A stretch of 64,000 nt of DNA, from the NCBI GenBank assembly GCA_963805085.1, contig CAWDTA010000002.1, forward strand, positions 1,408,001 to 1,472,000. The letters are read 5' to 3'. Shown here in pieces: positions 20,729 to 31,328 of this stretch. This stretch comes from an uncultured Veillonellaceae bacterium (lineage in GTDB: Bacteria > Bacillota > Negativicutes > JARBTT01). The notes below the pieces were generated by a model. It saw nothing but the letters and a program-made list of their open reading frames with translations. It was not told where the DNA came from and made no database searches. The position numbers and the translations under genes were made by a program. Within the stretch, counting starts at the first letter, position 1, and the number at the start of each line of letters is the position of its first letter.

Positions 20729-20972
20729 CGTAATAAATATAAGGGAATGAAGATGCAGCCTTATTATCTTAGGGAGAAACGAGAAAAGTGTTATGACACT
20801 AGTAGAACAGAAAAAACTAACAAGAAAAGATCACCGTTTCTAGTCGTTTGAGAAAGGATAGGAAAATTCATTTAGTAAATGACGCAGTGGATTTTACAGA
20901 AGAGAATTAGAAGAGAAGCTAAAGCAGATAATTTAAAGATTCAGTGTGCGTGAGAAATGTATAATATATGTT

Positions 20973-21106
20973 AAATAAATCTAAATAATTAAGGTAAGCT
21001 CCTGCTAAATTTCGTATAAATTTGGCAGGAGCTTTGAGCTTTTGTGAGAATATACAAATTTAATTTCAAATAGTAGATATCAAGGTGATGGAAAAGAAAC
21101 GTCTCC
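20973..21106 (+). repeat. Array element, covarying
   Basis: AAGCTCCTGC...GCAGGAGCTT. Confidence 0.88.
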
Positions 21107-21503
21107 GAGCATCTCTCATATCATACCGTAGCATCTGCTTTGCAGATGCTACGGTGATCTCTAATACAGCACGAATCCAAGAAAATCTTTCCTTCATGCG
21201 ATTAAAGTCTTCACCATCTTTTATAAAACGCGTGCTTCCTTTGACGATAAAACCTGTTCCAATCCCTTTATAACCAGCAACTTCTCTGCTAGCAATGGAA
21301 ATGATTACTTCATTTTGAGTTAAAAGATTTCTTTCAGTTTTAACAAAATCAGAAACTGGAATCAGAAGTTTGTCATTTGCTGTCACTTCGATATAACTAT
21401 TCCAAGTATTTACTAAATGGGCACCATCGGCACCATTTGTTACAATAGAAACGCATCCATCTACAGGATGAGAAAGAATAGTTAATAATTTTTCGTTTAG
21501 CAT
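21066..21503 (-). CDS. Pyridoxamine 5'-phosphate oxidase-like FMN-binding protein; C-terminus runs into repeat
   Basis: HLVNTWNSY, GTGFIVKG, W.RAVL; reading frame continues into the array element. Confidence 0.8.
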   Translation of the reverse strand: MLNEKLLTILSHPVDGCVSIVTNGADGAHLVNTWNSYIEVTANDKLLIPVSDFVKTERNLLTQNEVIISIASREVAGYKGIGTGFIVKGSTRFIKDGEDFNRMKERFSWIRAVLEITVASAKQMLRYDMRDARRRFFSITLISTI

Positions 21504-21682
21504 TATAATACATCCTCTCAATTACGATATCAGTTAAGATATACATATTATAAATAAAATTTGCCCCTAATAGTAGAGACAGATTGTAAAAATAATACGG
21601 GGGCAGTTTAAGGTGTTCAGATTGACACTGCTTATTACGCGTGGATATAATAAAGGCAATTAAGTGGCTAAATAAAAGATGA

Positions 21683-21907
21683 TTGTTGGTGAATTTGATG
21701 TTTGTTTTAGATTGCAAAGATCCTCGACCGCTACACGTTAAACTTTATAATCAAATTAAAAATCAAATCTTAGCAGGAAAATTAATTTCAGAGACTCATC
21801 AAAGTGACAAAAACTATCCTACTCGCGTAATGCTTGGATTTGGAAGGATGAATCCTGATGAATTGGAAAAAGGGATCAAACTATTAGCTCAGGCTTGGGA
21901 GTTATAA
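21683..21907 (+). pseudogene. MocR/GabR-type regulator remnant (large internal deletion)
   Basis: GntR start (LY.QIKNQILAGKL) fused to aminotransferase-domain end (LGFG....LEKGI.LL..AW). Confidence 0.7.
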
Positions 21908-23362
21908 ATCACATTGAGCAGATGTTTTCGATACATTATCATGTAATTGAGATTTTGTTTTTTTATTCAAAAACAGAGTAATGACCAGTGCGAGTAAAAA
22001 GAAAAAAAGAACGAAGTAAAAAGCTATATGAATAGAATCCATAAATAAGGGCTTATTCAAACCAGAAACCACAACTGATTTAGCCAATAATTGTGAAATT
22101 GTATCTGTTGGCAAAACAACTTGCATTGCTGCTACAGCCAAAGGTTGGCTTAAAGATCTACCAATATTATAAATCGTGTAAAACATACCTGAAACCGCTC
22201 CGGCTTCTCCTTGCGTACCTGATGAAAGAACTAATTTTGCAAGCGCCGGCCAAGAAAGACCATTGGCAATAGAGAGAATGATTAAACAAATGACAAAAGC
22301 CGTTGTAGAAAACTGTTCACTCATATTTCCGAGTGTATAAGTAGTTCCAATCAATAAAATAAGACCTATATACATCATACGCAAAGAACCAAACCGATCG
22401 GCAAGAATGCCGCCAAGTGGTCCCATAAGAAGTTGGGGGGCGGATAGAGGAATCATAAGAAATCCAGCTTGACGTGGCGTTAATTGCAAAATTCCTTGTA
22501 AATAAAATGTTATAAGAAATGAAATAGCAAAGTAGGCAATACAGTAGCTCATTGTAATACCTAGTCCAGCTGTATACTTCATATTGTAAAGAAGTTTTAA
22601 ATTAAATAAAGGATAAGGATTGCTTAGTTCCACTTTTATAAAGAAAAATCCTAAGATAATAGAAGTGAAAATTAAAGTAATAACAGGTGCTGAACTCCAA
22701 CCGAGCGATTGCCCTTCTGATAAAGCTATGAGCAATGTAATAAGGCTAAAAGCAAATGTAAATAGCCCCTTCCAATCTGTTCTGTTTTGTGATGGTATGA
22801 CTATATCATCGAAAAGAAACCACGCACCTAACATTCCTAAAAGTGTAAAGGGAACGGTCACAAAGAATATAGAGGCCCAGCTGAATTGCTCAAGCAATAT
22901 ACCTCCAATTACAGGACCAGTAAGAGATCCAATGACCCATGAAGTGGAATTTAATCCGATAGCTAAACCAAGTTGATGGGAAGGGAAAGTTCGCATCATG
23001 ATTGGCGTAGCCGTAGCGAGTGCTAGAGCTGCACCGATGCCTTTAATAAAACGAAAAAGAATTAAGAAGGTTCCTGAAGTGGCTAGCCCGCAAAAAGCAG
23101 TAGCAATTGTAAAAATCCCCAATCCCCAGATGAAAATTCGTTTGCTGCCTAAGATATCTGCCCAGCGACCGGCCGGCAATAAAAAAGTAGTGCTCGTAAT
23201 AAGATATGATGTAATAATCCAAGTTCCCGTTATAATAGAAATATTTAATCCTTCCATTATCGCTGGTAAACCAATGATAACAATCGTCGCGTCTACATTC
23301 GTAATGAACGAAACTAACGTAATAATCGATAAAATAATCCATTTTTTCTCCAATCGATTCAT
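21902..23362 (-). CDS. MFS transporter (DHA2-like)
   Basis: Many TM segments, D.TIV..LP, GRWADILGSKR, GPVIGG. Confidence 0.9.
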   Translation of the reverse strand: MNRLEKKWIILSIITLVSFITNVDATIVIIGLPAIMEGLNISIITGTWIITSYLITSTTFLLPAGRWADILGSKRIFIWGLGIFTIATAFCGLATSGTFLILFRFIKGIGAALALATATPIMMRTFPSHQLGLAIGLNSTSWVIGSLTGPVIGGILLEQFSWASIFFVTVPFTLLGMLGAWFLFDDIVIPSQNRTDWKGLFTFAFSLITLLIALSEGQSLGWSSAPVITLIFTSIILGFFFIKVELSNPYPLFNLKLLYNMKYTAGLGITMSYCIAYFAISFLITFYLQGILQLTPRQAGFLMIPLSAPQLLMGPLGGILADRFGSLRMMYIGLILLIGTTYTLGNMSEQFSTTAFVICLIILSIANGLSWPALAKLVLSSGTQGEAGAVSGMFYTIYNIGRSLSQPLAVAAMQVVLPTDTISQLLAKSVVVSGLNKPLFMDSIHIAFYFVLFFFLLALVITLFLNKKTKSQLHDNVSKTSAQCDL

Positions 23363-23454
23363 GATATTTCTCCTTTGATCCTTTTTATTTTCTAGTTTAC
23401 ACAGAAAATAATATCAAGTAAAATGATTACAAATGATATTACAGTTCATTTATA

Positions 23455-24324
23455 ATGATATATGGGGTGAGAAATATGGAGAGCCATGATTTACGAATCT
23501 TCCGCGCTGTCGCCTATAGTGGTAGTGTTACAAAAGCCGCTCAACAACTAGGCTACGTGCAATCGAATATAACAGCAAGAATACAACAGTTAGAAGAAGA
23601 ATTAAAAACACCTTTGTTTTATCGCCATCGTGGTATGCTATTGACCCGAAAGGGCGAACTTCTTTTGCAGTATGCTGAAAGAATCTTACATTTGCTTGAT
23701 GAAGCAAATAAATCCTTAGTTAATTCTGATGAAACAGGCGGAGAATTGGCGATTGGAGCAAACCAGACTTTTTCTACAATTAATCTTCCTGAGATTTTGG
23801 GGAAGTTTCATAAAAGTTTTCCCAATGTAGCCTTATCGTTGATCACTGGACAAACAGATGAGCTAGTCGAAAAGGTATTGCATTTTCAACTGGATACAGC
23901 CTTTATTACAATACCTATTCAGCACGAAAATCTGATAAAAGAACTTATATCTGAAGAAAATCTGGTGCTGATCGCCAGCTCGGCAATTACTACTTTAGAA
24001 GAAGTGTATAGTCAATCTTTTCTGATGAATCCTCCAAATTGTCCGTGTCGAATTCAATTAGAAAAATGGTTGAAAGACAATGGAGTGAATAATGCACGAT
24101 TTATGGAATTTAACAACATTGATGCAATTATTAGCGGTGTAATCGTAGGATTAGGCGTAGCTTTTGTTCCGCAATCGACAATTAGAAAGCATGAAATGGC
24201 TGGTACATTGAAATCTTTTGCAATCCCTTTAGAATATAGTTTATCGCAAACTTTTTTAATACGGCATAAAGAGGTTTTAATGACAAATGCTTTTAGAGAA
24301 TTTATTGCTATGGTGAAAATATAA
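23455..24324 (+). CDS. LysR family regulator
   Basis: F.AVA..GSVTKAA..L..VQSNIT.RI..LE. Confidence 0.92.
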   Translation: MIYGVRNMESHDLRIFRAVAYSGSVTKAAQQLGYVQSNITARIQQLEEELKTPLFYRHRGMLLTRKGELLLQYAERILHLLDEANKSLVNSDETGGELAIGANQTFSTINLPEILGKFHKSFPNVALSLITGQTDELVEKVLHFQLDTAFITIPIQHENLIKELISEENLVLIASSAITTLEEVYSQSFLMNPPNCPCRIQLEKWLKDNGVNNARFMEFNNIDAIISGVIVGLGVAFVPQSTIRKHEMAGTLKSFAIPLEYSLSQTFLIRHKEVLMTNAFREFIAMVKI

Positions 24325-24333
24325 AAAATTTTC

Positions 24334-24468
24334 AATAGAATATAAACACCAAAAAAAAAACTCCTGCTGAATTTTGTATGAATTTGGCAGGAGTTTTGAG
24401 CTTTTATGAAAATATGTAATTTTAATATTAAAAAGTTGATGACAAGTTGACGTAAAAGGAACATCTCC
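24334..24468 (+). repeat. Array element
   Basis: Core 24358-24396. Confidence 0.92.
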
Positions 24469-24555
24469 GAGTGTAACCGATAGAAACAGAATTTATAGTA
24501 GATTTGGCTCAGAGTTTTCAACTCAATTGGATCATGAAATACAAAAATTATTGAA

Positions 24556-25554
24556 TTAAACTAAAGTACTATTTGAATATAATGAAGTTCGAAGACGATT
24601 AATATCGCTTAACGGGGGTAATCCGAACATGCGCGCATATTCCCGGCTGAATTGAGAGGGACTTTCATATCCTACATGAAAACTGACTTCCGCTACATTT
24701 ATTGATTCGGACAGCAGTAAACGACGCGCTTCCTGCAATCTTATCATCTTTTGATATTGTAACGGACTCATGGCTGTTACTTTCCTAAAATGACTATGCA
24801 GAGATGAGGTACTCATGTTTACGTTTGCTGCCAGTTCATCGATTCGTAGCGGTTTAGAAAATTCATTGTTAATCAGACTAATTATCTTTGAAATCGAATG
24901 CGCGTGACTGCCGATTATAGCAAACTGTTTGATAAGATAGCCCTGATCATTCTGCGAAATCCGGTATAAAATCTCACGGATAAATAAAGGAGAAAGAACC
25001 GGAATATCCTGCGGAGTATTTAAAAGACGAACAAGCCTTAACATAGAATCAAGCAAATAAGAGGTAGTCTTATTCACGACCAATCCCCTGCATGAATCCA
25101 TTTTGCCTTTCCATGGCTGATCAGAAGTTTTGATAATATCTAAAATCTGGTCGGTGCTAAAACTGAGCTGAACACATAAATATGGCTCTTGCGGAGTGGC
25201 TTGGATGATTTGACCAGTAATTGGAAGTTGAACAGAGGTTACTAAATAACACGCCGGGTCATACTGGTAGGTTTCATTAGCCAACATTACAATTTTTGAA
25301 CCTTGTGCAATCATCAATAAAGAGGGTTCGTAGATAGCATGCAGAGGTTCAGATACATTGGATGCACGAATTAACCGTAATGCAGGTATGGCTGTGGTGT
25401 GTATTCCATCAGAAGAAACAAGGCTGCTAAGAAGTAAAGCCAGTTCCTTTTGGTATTGTGCAATTTTATTATTTTGTATTGATATGCTCATTGCATAATC
25501 CCCTTTAAGGCCAAATGATATAAAAATTATACTGTGATTTGTAGGATTAGGCAA
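24556..25554 (-). CDS. AraC family regulator
   Basis: QGSK, MSPLQYQK..RL.EARRLL, VGYESPSQFSREY. Confidence 0.92.
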   Translation of the reverse strand: MPNPTNHSIIFISFGLKGDYAMSISIQNNKIAQYQKELALLLSSLVSSDGIHTTAIPALRLIRASNVSEPLHAIYEPSLLMIAQGSKIVMLANETYQYDPACYLVTSVQLPITGQIIQATPQEPYLCVQLSFSTDQILDIIKTSDQPWKGKMDSCRGLVVNKTTSYLLDSMLRLVRLLNTPQDIPVLSPLFIREILYRISQNDQGYLIKQFAIIGSHAHSISKIISLINNEFSKPLRIDELAANVNMSTSSLHSHFRKVTAMSPLQYQKMIRLQEARRLLLSESINVAEVSFHVGYESPSQFSREYARMFGLPPLSDINRLRTSLYSNSTLV

Positions 25555-25687
25555 TGATAAAGCTGTAATAGGCTACCGTAACAAATCTATTTTTATATAT
25601 AATGATTATGTAATTAATTGTTCCATGACACAAAACAGACTACAGCGCAGATATATGCTGCTGATATTATAAGGAGGTATTTTTTTT

Positions 25688-26422
25688 ATGAATAAAAATC
25701 AAAGAATATCAATTGTTACTGGTGGTTCAAGAGGCATTGGACGTTCCGTCGCAGAGCGACTTGCAGCAAATGGACAAACTGTGGTGATAGCATATGCAAG
25801 CAATCATGAAGAAGCAGATAAAGCTGCTCAGTCAATAGTTGCTAATGGAGGGAAAGCCATAGCAATACAAGCAGATGTTGCTGATGAGGAGGCAGTCAGC
25901 CGACTTTTCGATGAAACGGAACAAAAATTTGGGGGCGTCGATGTTGTTGTCAATTCAGCGGGCATTATGATCCTTAATACAGTGGCTGATTTTGATCTTG
26001 AAGCACTTGATCGCATGCATCGTACAAATATTCGCGGCACATTCGTAGTCAATCAGCAGGCTGCACGACGTGTCCGTTCCGGTGGCGCTATCATTAATCT
26101 GTCAACATCAGTAAAGAAACTTGCACTGCCTACTTATGCTGCTTATGCGGCTAGCAAGGGGGCTGTTGATGCAATAAGCCTTGTACTCGCCAAAGAACTG
26201 CGCGGGCGTGATATTACTGTAAATGCTATTGCACCAGGACCTACAGCAACAGCATTATTTCTAGAAGGCAAAGATGAGGAAACAATTGACCGTTTGTCTA
26301 AGATGAATCCTATTGAGCGCTTAGGGAATACAGATGACATTGCCGAAGTGATTTCGTTTCTTGCAGGTTCCGCTCGATGGATTAATGGCCAGACCATTTA
26401 TGTAAATGGCGGAATGGTATAG
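25688..26422 (+). CDS. SDR oxidoreductase
   Basis: TGGSRGIG, NSAG, YAASK, VNAIAPG. Confidence 0.93.
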   Translation: MNKNQRISIVTGGSRGIGRSVAERLAANGQTVVIAYASNHEEADKAAQSIVANGGKAIAIQADVADEEAVSRLFDETEQKFGGVDVVVNSAGIMILNTVADFDLEALDRMHRTNIRGTFVVNQQAARRVRSGGAIINLSTSVKKLALPTYAAYAASKGAVDAISLVLAKELRGRDITVNAIAPGPTATALFLEGKDEETIDRLSKMNPIERLGNTDDIAEVISFLAGSARWINGQTIYVNGGMV

Positions 26423-26528
26423 TTACATTATCCGGAATTGTAAGAGCTATTTAAGAACAAAATATAGCCAAGGGCAATTTTTAGACATTATCGAGTGCCA
26501 AAAGAGAGGACTTCTTTCAATGTTGCTT

Positions 26529-26879
26529 CTATAGAGTAGGATTAGGCATTTTGTTTTGGTCAACAATATATTTATCGCTCCAAATCTGCAAAGAATTTAA
26601 CACGGTGAATAGCTGAAATCCGAGTAGGGTTAAGCGGTATTCAACATGTGGAGGTATTTCTGGGTATGATATGCGCTCAACAAGTACATCATTTTCTAGT
26701 TCGCGAAGTTTTTCCGTAAGCACTTTTTCGCTAATGCCAGGTAATTTTCTCTGCAGCTCTAGAAAACGGTAAGATTGATCGTTTAAATGACAGATAATTA
26801 CTGCTTTCCATTTGCCCTTGATTAGGCTGACAGCGTAATCCAAGCTACAGATATAATCTTGATTATTGATTGTAAGCAT
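26529..26879 (-). CDS. HxlR family regulator
   Basis: GKWK..I, RF.EL, L...LRELE, PP.VEY.LT. Confidence 0.9.
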   Translation of the reverse strand: MLTINNQDYICSLDYAVSLIKGKWKAVIICHLNDQSYRFLELQRKLPGISEKVLTEKLRELENDVLVERISYPEIPPHVEYRLTLLGFQLFTVLNSLQIWSDKYIVDQNKMPNPTL

Positions 26880-27055
26880 AAATGTATTCCTTTCTTGTAA
26901 AGCGGATTTTTTTTTGATAGTCTCCTTACCTTTTGGTAAGTATAGTTACGTAAAAGTGCGTACTTGTATAGGGGTGCTTTGTAATATATATTAGGTACTA
27001 AAGAAAAAAATCCTGCGCTAATGAATTTGGCAGGAATATTTAAGGAGAATGAAAT

Positions 27056-27691
27056 ATGAAAGTTATCGCCTTTAATGGTAGCCCTCACAAGGATGGCAAT
27101 ACTGATCATGCACTAAAAGTTATTGGTCAAGAGCTGATAAAAGAAGGAATAGAATTTGAAGTCGTTCATGTAGGTAACAAAGCTGTAAGAGGCTGTATTG
27201 CGTGTATGGGGTGTGTTAAAAATCAAAATGAACGCTGTTCAATTGCCACTGACGAAGTGAATGACTGGATTCAGAAGATGAAAGAAGCCGACGGGATATT
27301 ATTAGGATCACCGGTACATTATGCTGGCATTGCAGGAACGATGAAATCTTTCCTAGACAGAGCGTTCTTCGTTACCTCTGTTAACCAATCCATGTTGCGT
27401 AATAAAGTTGGTGCGACGGTAGTAGCGGTAAGACGATCGGGTGGGGTCTCGACGTTCGATTCTCTTAATCACTATATCATGTATTCCGAAATGATTATGC
27501 CAACATCAAATTATTGGAATGTTACGCATGGATTAGAAGCTAAGGAAGCGGAAAAAGACGAGGAAGGCAACCAAATCATGAGTAGCTTAGGGAAAAATAT
27601 GGCTTGGTTATTAAAAGTATTGGCTGCTGGTAGAAAGCAAGTAGAACCTGTTTTAGCAGAGGAAAAGAAGTTCACAAATTTTATTAGATAG
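27056..27691 (+). CDS. Flavodoxin-like iron-sulfur flavoprotein
   Basis: NGSP..GNT, CIAC..C, GSPVHY, RRSGG. Confidence 0.9.
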   Translation: MKVIAFNGSPHKDGNTDHALKVIGQELIKEGIEFEVVHVGNKAVRGCIACMGCVKNQNERCSIATDEVNDWIQKMKEADGILLGSPVHYAGIAGTMKSFLDRAFFVTSVNQSMLRNKVGATVVAVRRSGGVSTFDSLNHYIMYSEMIMPTSNYWNVTHGLEAKEAEKDEEGNQIMSSLGKNMAWLLKVLAAGRKQVEPVLAEEKKFTNFIR

Positions 27692-27925
27692 AAATCTTTA
27701 ATTACATGGATTTTGGTGAAAAAGAGACTCTTGGATAAGAGAGCCGAAGGGACAATTCTGGTTTGACATTGTTGATTTTACTTTCTTATTTTATTAATAG
27801 TTAACAAACCATGAATAAAAGCTAACGGTAATAGCGGTAAATAGAATATAAAAGTTCAAAAAAATCGACACCGCGCCTATAATTTTATTGAGAAGCCATT
27901 TCTTAGGCAGTTTTAAATTCTAGCT

Positions 27926-28129
27926 TCAATCAAGATAATCGAAAAAATTTGCATTGAATGAAGTAATTTCCTTATGCTGTAGCTTTGAAAAAGATTTATG
28001 GCCGATTTCGTAACGTCGGCAGCATTCTTTAGCTCGCTGGATTTTCCTTTTGCGATAAGTATCAAACTTGTCGAGGATTTTCTGTGCTAGGGTATTTGCA
28101 ATACGGTATATTATGGTTGTATGAGTCAT
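27926..28129 (-). CDS. Hypothetical protein, 67 aa
   Basis: RBS GGGAGAGGG; divergent from lysR. Confidence 0.4.
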   Translation of the reverse strand: MTHTTIIYRIANTLAQKILDKFDTYRKRKIQRAKECCRRYEIGHKSFSKLQHKEITSFNANFFDYLD

Positions 28130-28296
28130 AGTTTATTCCCTCTCCCTAATCGTTTTGTAAACCTTTATACATTTATTATGTCCGGAAGCCCATAGAAAGG
28201 GAAATACAATTATAGCATATCTATATAGTTAAAAACTATATAGATATGCTATAATGAAAACAAATAGTCTATTCACTTAAAAGGGGAGGCTAAGCT

Positions 28297-29169
28297 GTGA
28301 ATGTTATTCAAATGAGGTATTTTTACGAAGTATGCCGTTGGCAGAATATCACGAAGGCTGCAGAAAATCTGCATGTATCGCAGCCAACGATAAGCGTAGC
28401 AATGCAGTCTCTTGAAGCAGAAACTGGACTAAATCTCTTCCGACGTAATGGCAAAAAGATTTTTATCTCGAAGGATGGAAATATCCTACTGGCGAGAATT
28501 CGTCCTATTTTGGAGCAGATGGATCATTTGGAACAAGAAATTAACGAAATGGCGCACAAACGAAATCATATCCGCGTTGCATTGCCTCCACAGATTGGTA
28601 TCCGTATTGCACCGCTGTTGCTAGGAAAATTCAGGCAGGAAAATCCGGAAATCATAGTGGAAATTATTGAAACCGGCCCGATAAATTCTCTGCGAATGTT
28701 GAAAGATGAGAAACTTGATCTAGCACTCATGAATTATACAGCGGATTGCGATGATGGCTTTATCTATCGAAAGCTCGGAGAGGCGGAATGTTGTTTTTGT
28801 ACCTATTCGAGCTCTCCGCTTGCTAAGCAGCAAGTCATTACGATAGAGGATGTAAAGGACGAACCGTTGGTTCTGTTGGATAGCACTTTCAATCTTACAC
28901 ATTTTGTTCACCAGATATTTATGAAGCACGGATTTAAACCGAACGTTCTCCATTATTCACCTTATCTGCATACAGTGAGAAATCTCGTAAGTCAGAAAAT
29001 TGCTTCGACCTTTTTAATAAAACATGCAATCTTGCCAGATGATGATATCATCGCGCTCTCGGTAAATACGCCACTTTATCTCGATACCGGTATTGTGACC
29101 AAAAAGGGGCGGCAAATTTACTCAGATGAACGAATTTTAATCGATTTCTTAAAAAAATTTTTTGTGTAA
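28297..29169 (+). CDS. LysR family regulator
   Basis: NITKAAENLHVSQPTIS..LE.E.G..LF.R. Confidence 0.92.
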   Translation: MNVIQMRYFYEVCRWQNITKAAENLHVSQPTISVAMQSLEAETGLNLFRRNGKKIFISKDGNILLARIRPILEQMDHLEQEINEMAHKRNHIRVALPPQIGIRIAPLLLGKFRQENPEIIVEIIETGPINSLRMLKDEKLDLALMNYTADCDDGFIYRKLGEAECCFCTYSSSPLAKQQVITIEDVKDEPLVLLDSTFNLTHFVHQIFMKHGFKPNVLHYSPYLHTVRNLVSQKIASTFLIKHAILPDDDIIALSVNTPLYLDTGIVTKKGRQIYSDERILIDFLKKFFV

Positions 29170-29175
29170 AATTTG

Positions 29176-29213
29176 GATGGCAAGGTGACGGGAAATGGAC
29201 GTCCTCACCTGTC
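29176..29213 (+). repeat. Array element, tail only
   Basis: GATGGCAAGGTGACGGGAAATGGACGTCCTCACCTGTC. Confidence 0.75.
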
Positions 29214-29377
29214 TGCAAGAGTAGATAGAGGTAGATTAATTTGAGAACAAGAAGGGGCTGCCACACCAATTTCTGAGCTGCTCCCTGTATACTTGACAGG
29301 GAGCAGCTCATTTTAGTGCGACAGCCCCTTGAGTTTTTAGGCTATGTCTCTGTCAAATTGCTTGTGCTACAACTAAG

Positions 29378-29536
29378 TTAGCTTTTTTTGAAACTACCAC
29401 AGTCTGTACATTCAACAGTATTTGCCTTTTGAGAATTTTTTACTACCTGAATTTTGTCTAAAGTACAGTAGTCATCTTCCTTACAATGAAACGCACATTC
29501 TGGTACTGAACAACCTATGCTTGAATTATGGTTCAT
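29378..29536 (-). CDS. DUF1540-like small Cys-rich protein
   Basis: IGCSV.EC..H...YC.LD.I.V...CTDCGSF; RBS AGGAGG. Confidence 0.8.
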   Translation of the reverse strand: MNHNSSIGCSVPECAFHCKEDDYCTLDKIQVVKNSQKANTVECTDCGSFKKS

Positions 29537-29725
29537 ATTGAGTTCCTCCTTGAATATTAATATTGATAGGAATATAATTATTTTGTCTTTCTTAATGATA
29601 ATTATGCATGGAAATTTATTAAAGTACAAAAATATATTTGCTAAGATAAAAGTTCAGGGGTAGTTTTCGGAAACACCGTCCCTGATTGTTTATTAGAGTC
29701 CCAGCGTATCAGAGGAGAATTTACA

Positions 29726-30163
29726 ATGATGAAACAAAATTTAAAAATAGGAAATATCCCCGCAATTTTATGGGGCGAAAAATCAGATATGTTATTCGTA
29801 GTGGTTCATGGTAATATGTCAAATAAGGCAGACGATGCGATTGTTGTATTTGCAGGAGAAGCAACCCCAATAGGCTATCAAGTGCTTAGTTTCGATCTGC
29901 CTGAACATGGTGATCGTAAGGATGAAGACTATCCTTGTAAAGTTCAAAACTGTGTGCAAGATCTTAATGTCATTATGTGTTATGCACGATCATTATCAAA
30001 TAAAATAAGTTTATTTGCTTGTAGTATGGGGGCATATTTTTGCCTATTAGCATATAATCATGAGCCGTTCAAACAGTGTTTGTTTCTCTCTCCTGTAGTA
30101 AATATGGAACGTATGTCCCTAGCCGTTCCAGAATATAGGGACAATCTGTCCCTTCGTCCATGA
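29726..30163 (+). pseudogene. Alpha/beta hydrolase, 3'-truncated at a REP-like motif
   Basis: HGNMS, FDLPEHG, ACSMG; homology ends at LSPVVNMER where GTCCC/GGGAC motifs begin. Confidence 0.7.
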
Positions 30164-30166
30164 ACT

Positions 30167-30979
30167 TTATTCCTCGATAAATCGTGTCAATTCCTTGTTA
30201 AATTTATCGCACTCATCATAAAATAATCCGTGCCCGCTGTATTTGAACGGAACGAGCTTGGAGCTTCTAATTCCTTCATTTTGTGCAATAGCCAATGGAA
30301 ATAAACAAACTTTATCATGGATACCATGAAGAATTAAAGTGGGAACGTGTATTTTTTCAAGATCAGAAAATAGCTCTTCGTCTATCCAAGCGGCTGAAAC
30401 CGCTGCGGTGGACCAGCCTGCCGCTTGTAGTCCCATTTGGAAGAACCAATCTGAGAAGGCCTGGGATACATGTTGAAAAAAGAATGTGTCTCCAAATTCA
30501 CGCAACATTTCTGGACGGTCATTATTTGTTCCTTGAATGATTTTAATTACATCTTCTTTTTTTAGTCCATGAGGAAAATATGGTCGCTGAATAAGACTGG
30601 GAGCCGCAGCTGCAAACAGGGCAAGCTTGGATACTCCGTATCCCTTGTGACGGGTCATATAGCGAACAGCAATCGCTCCCCCCGTGGAATGTCCCCCGAG
30701 AGTGAAATCTTGCAAATCAAGTGCTTTGACCACACAGTGAATATCGTCTGTTGAGGTATCGTAGTCGTAGCCCCTCCAAGGCTTATCGGAGTTACCGAAC
30801 CCCCGAGAGTCAATTCCTATACAGCGATATCCCATCTTAGGCAGCTGATCGAACTGATATTCAAACATCCTATGGTCTGCCGGCCACCCGTGTATAAACA
30901 AGATTGTTCTCTTACCCTCTGGGTTAATGTCTTCTACATAAATCTTTACGTTTGGTTCTACTTTAATATAGAATCCCAC
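30167..30979 (-). CDS. Alpha/beta hydrolase (non-haem haloperoxidase-like)
   Basis: FIHGWP, D.RGFGNSD, GHSTGG, LILHG..D, SGHG. Confidence 0.9.
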   Translation of the reverse strand: MGFYIKVEPNVKIYVEDINPEGKRTILFIHGWPADHRMFEYQFDQLPKMGYRCIGIDSRGFGNSDKPWRGYDYDTSTDDIHCVVKALDLQDFTLGGHSTGGAIAVRYMTRHKGYGVSKLALFAAAAPSLIQRPYFPHGLKKEDVIKIIQGTNNDRPEMLREFGDTFFFQHVSQAFSDWFFQMGLQAAGWSTAAVSAAWIDEELFSDLEKIHVPTLILHGIHDKVCLFPLAIAQNEGIRSSKLVPFKYSGHGLFYDECDKFNKELTRFIEE

Positions 30980-31166
30980 ATACAGCCCTCCTCTAAATCA
31001 AAATCTTTACATATTACGTTATGCACTTAGTACTATAGTGTGAAACTCGGTGATGAGGCGTTTTTGTGCCATACTATTGAGGTTGGACTGGTGGCGTTGC
31101 CTTAATATTGCTTTATTTTTGATGTTTAATGAGATGCCGAGCCAAGTCTACAATGGTAATATCGAT

Positions 31167-31310
31167 AAATAGAACATAAATACTAAAAAAGAAACTCCTA
31201 CTGAATTCCGTATGAATTTGGCAAGAGTTTTGAGCTTTTATGAGAATATCTAAGTTTAATAGTTAAAAAGCCGATGGCGAGGTGACAGAAAAGAAACGTC
31301 CCCGACCGTC
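31167..31310 (+). repeat. Array element
   Basis: Core 31192-31230. Confidence 0.92.
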
Positions 31311-31328
31311 ATAGGGGGAGGTTGAGTT

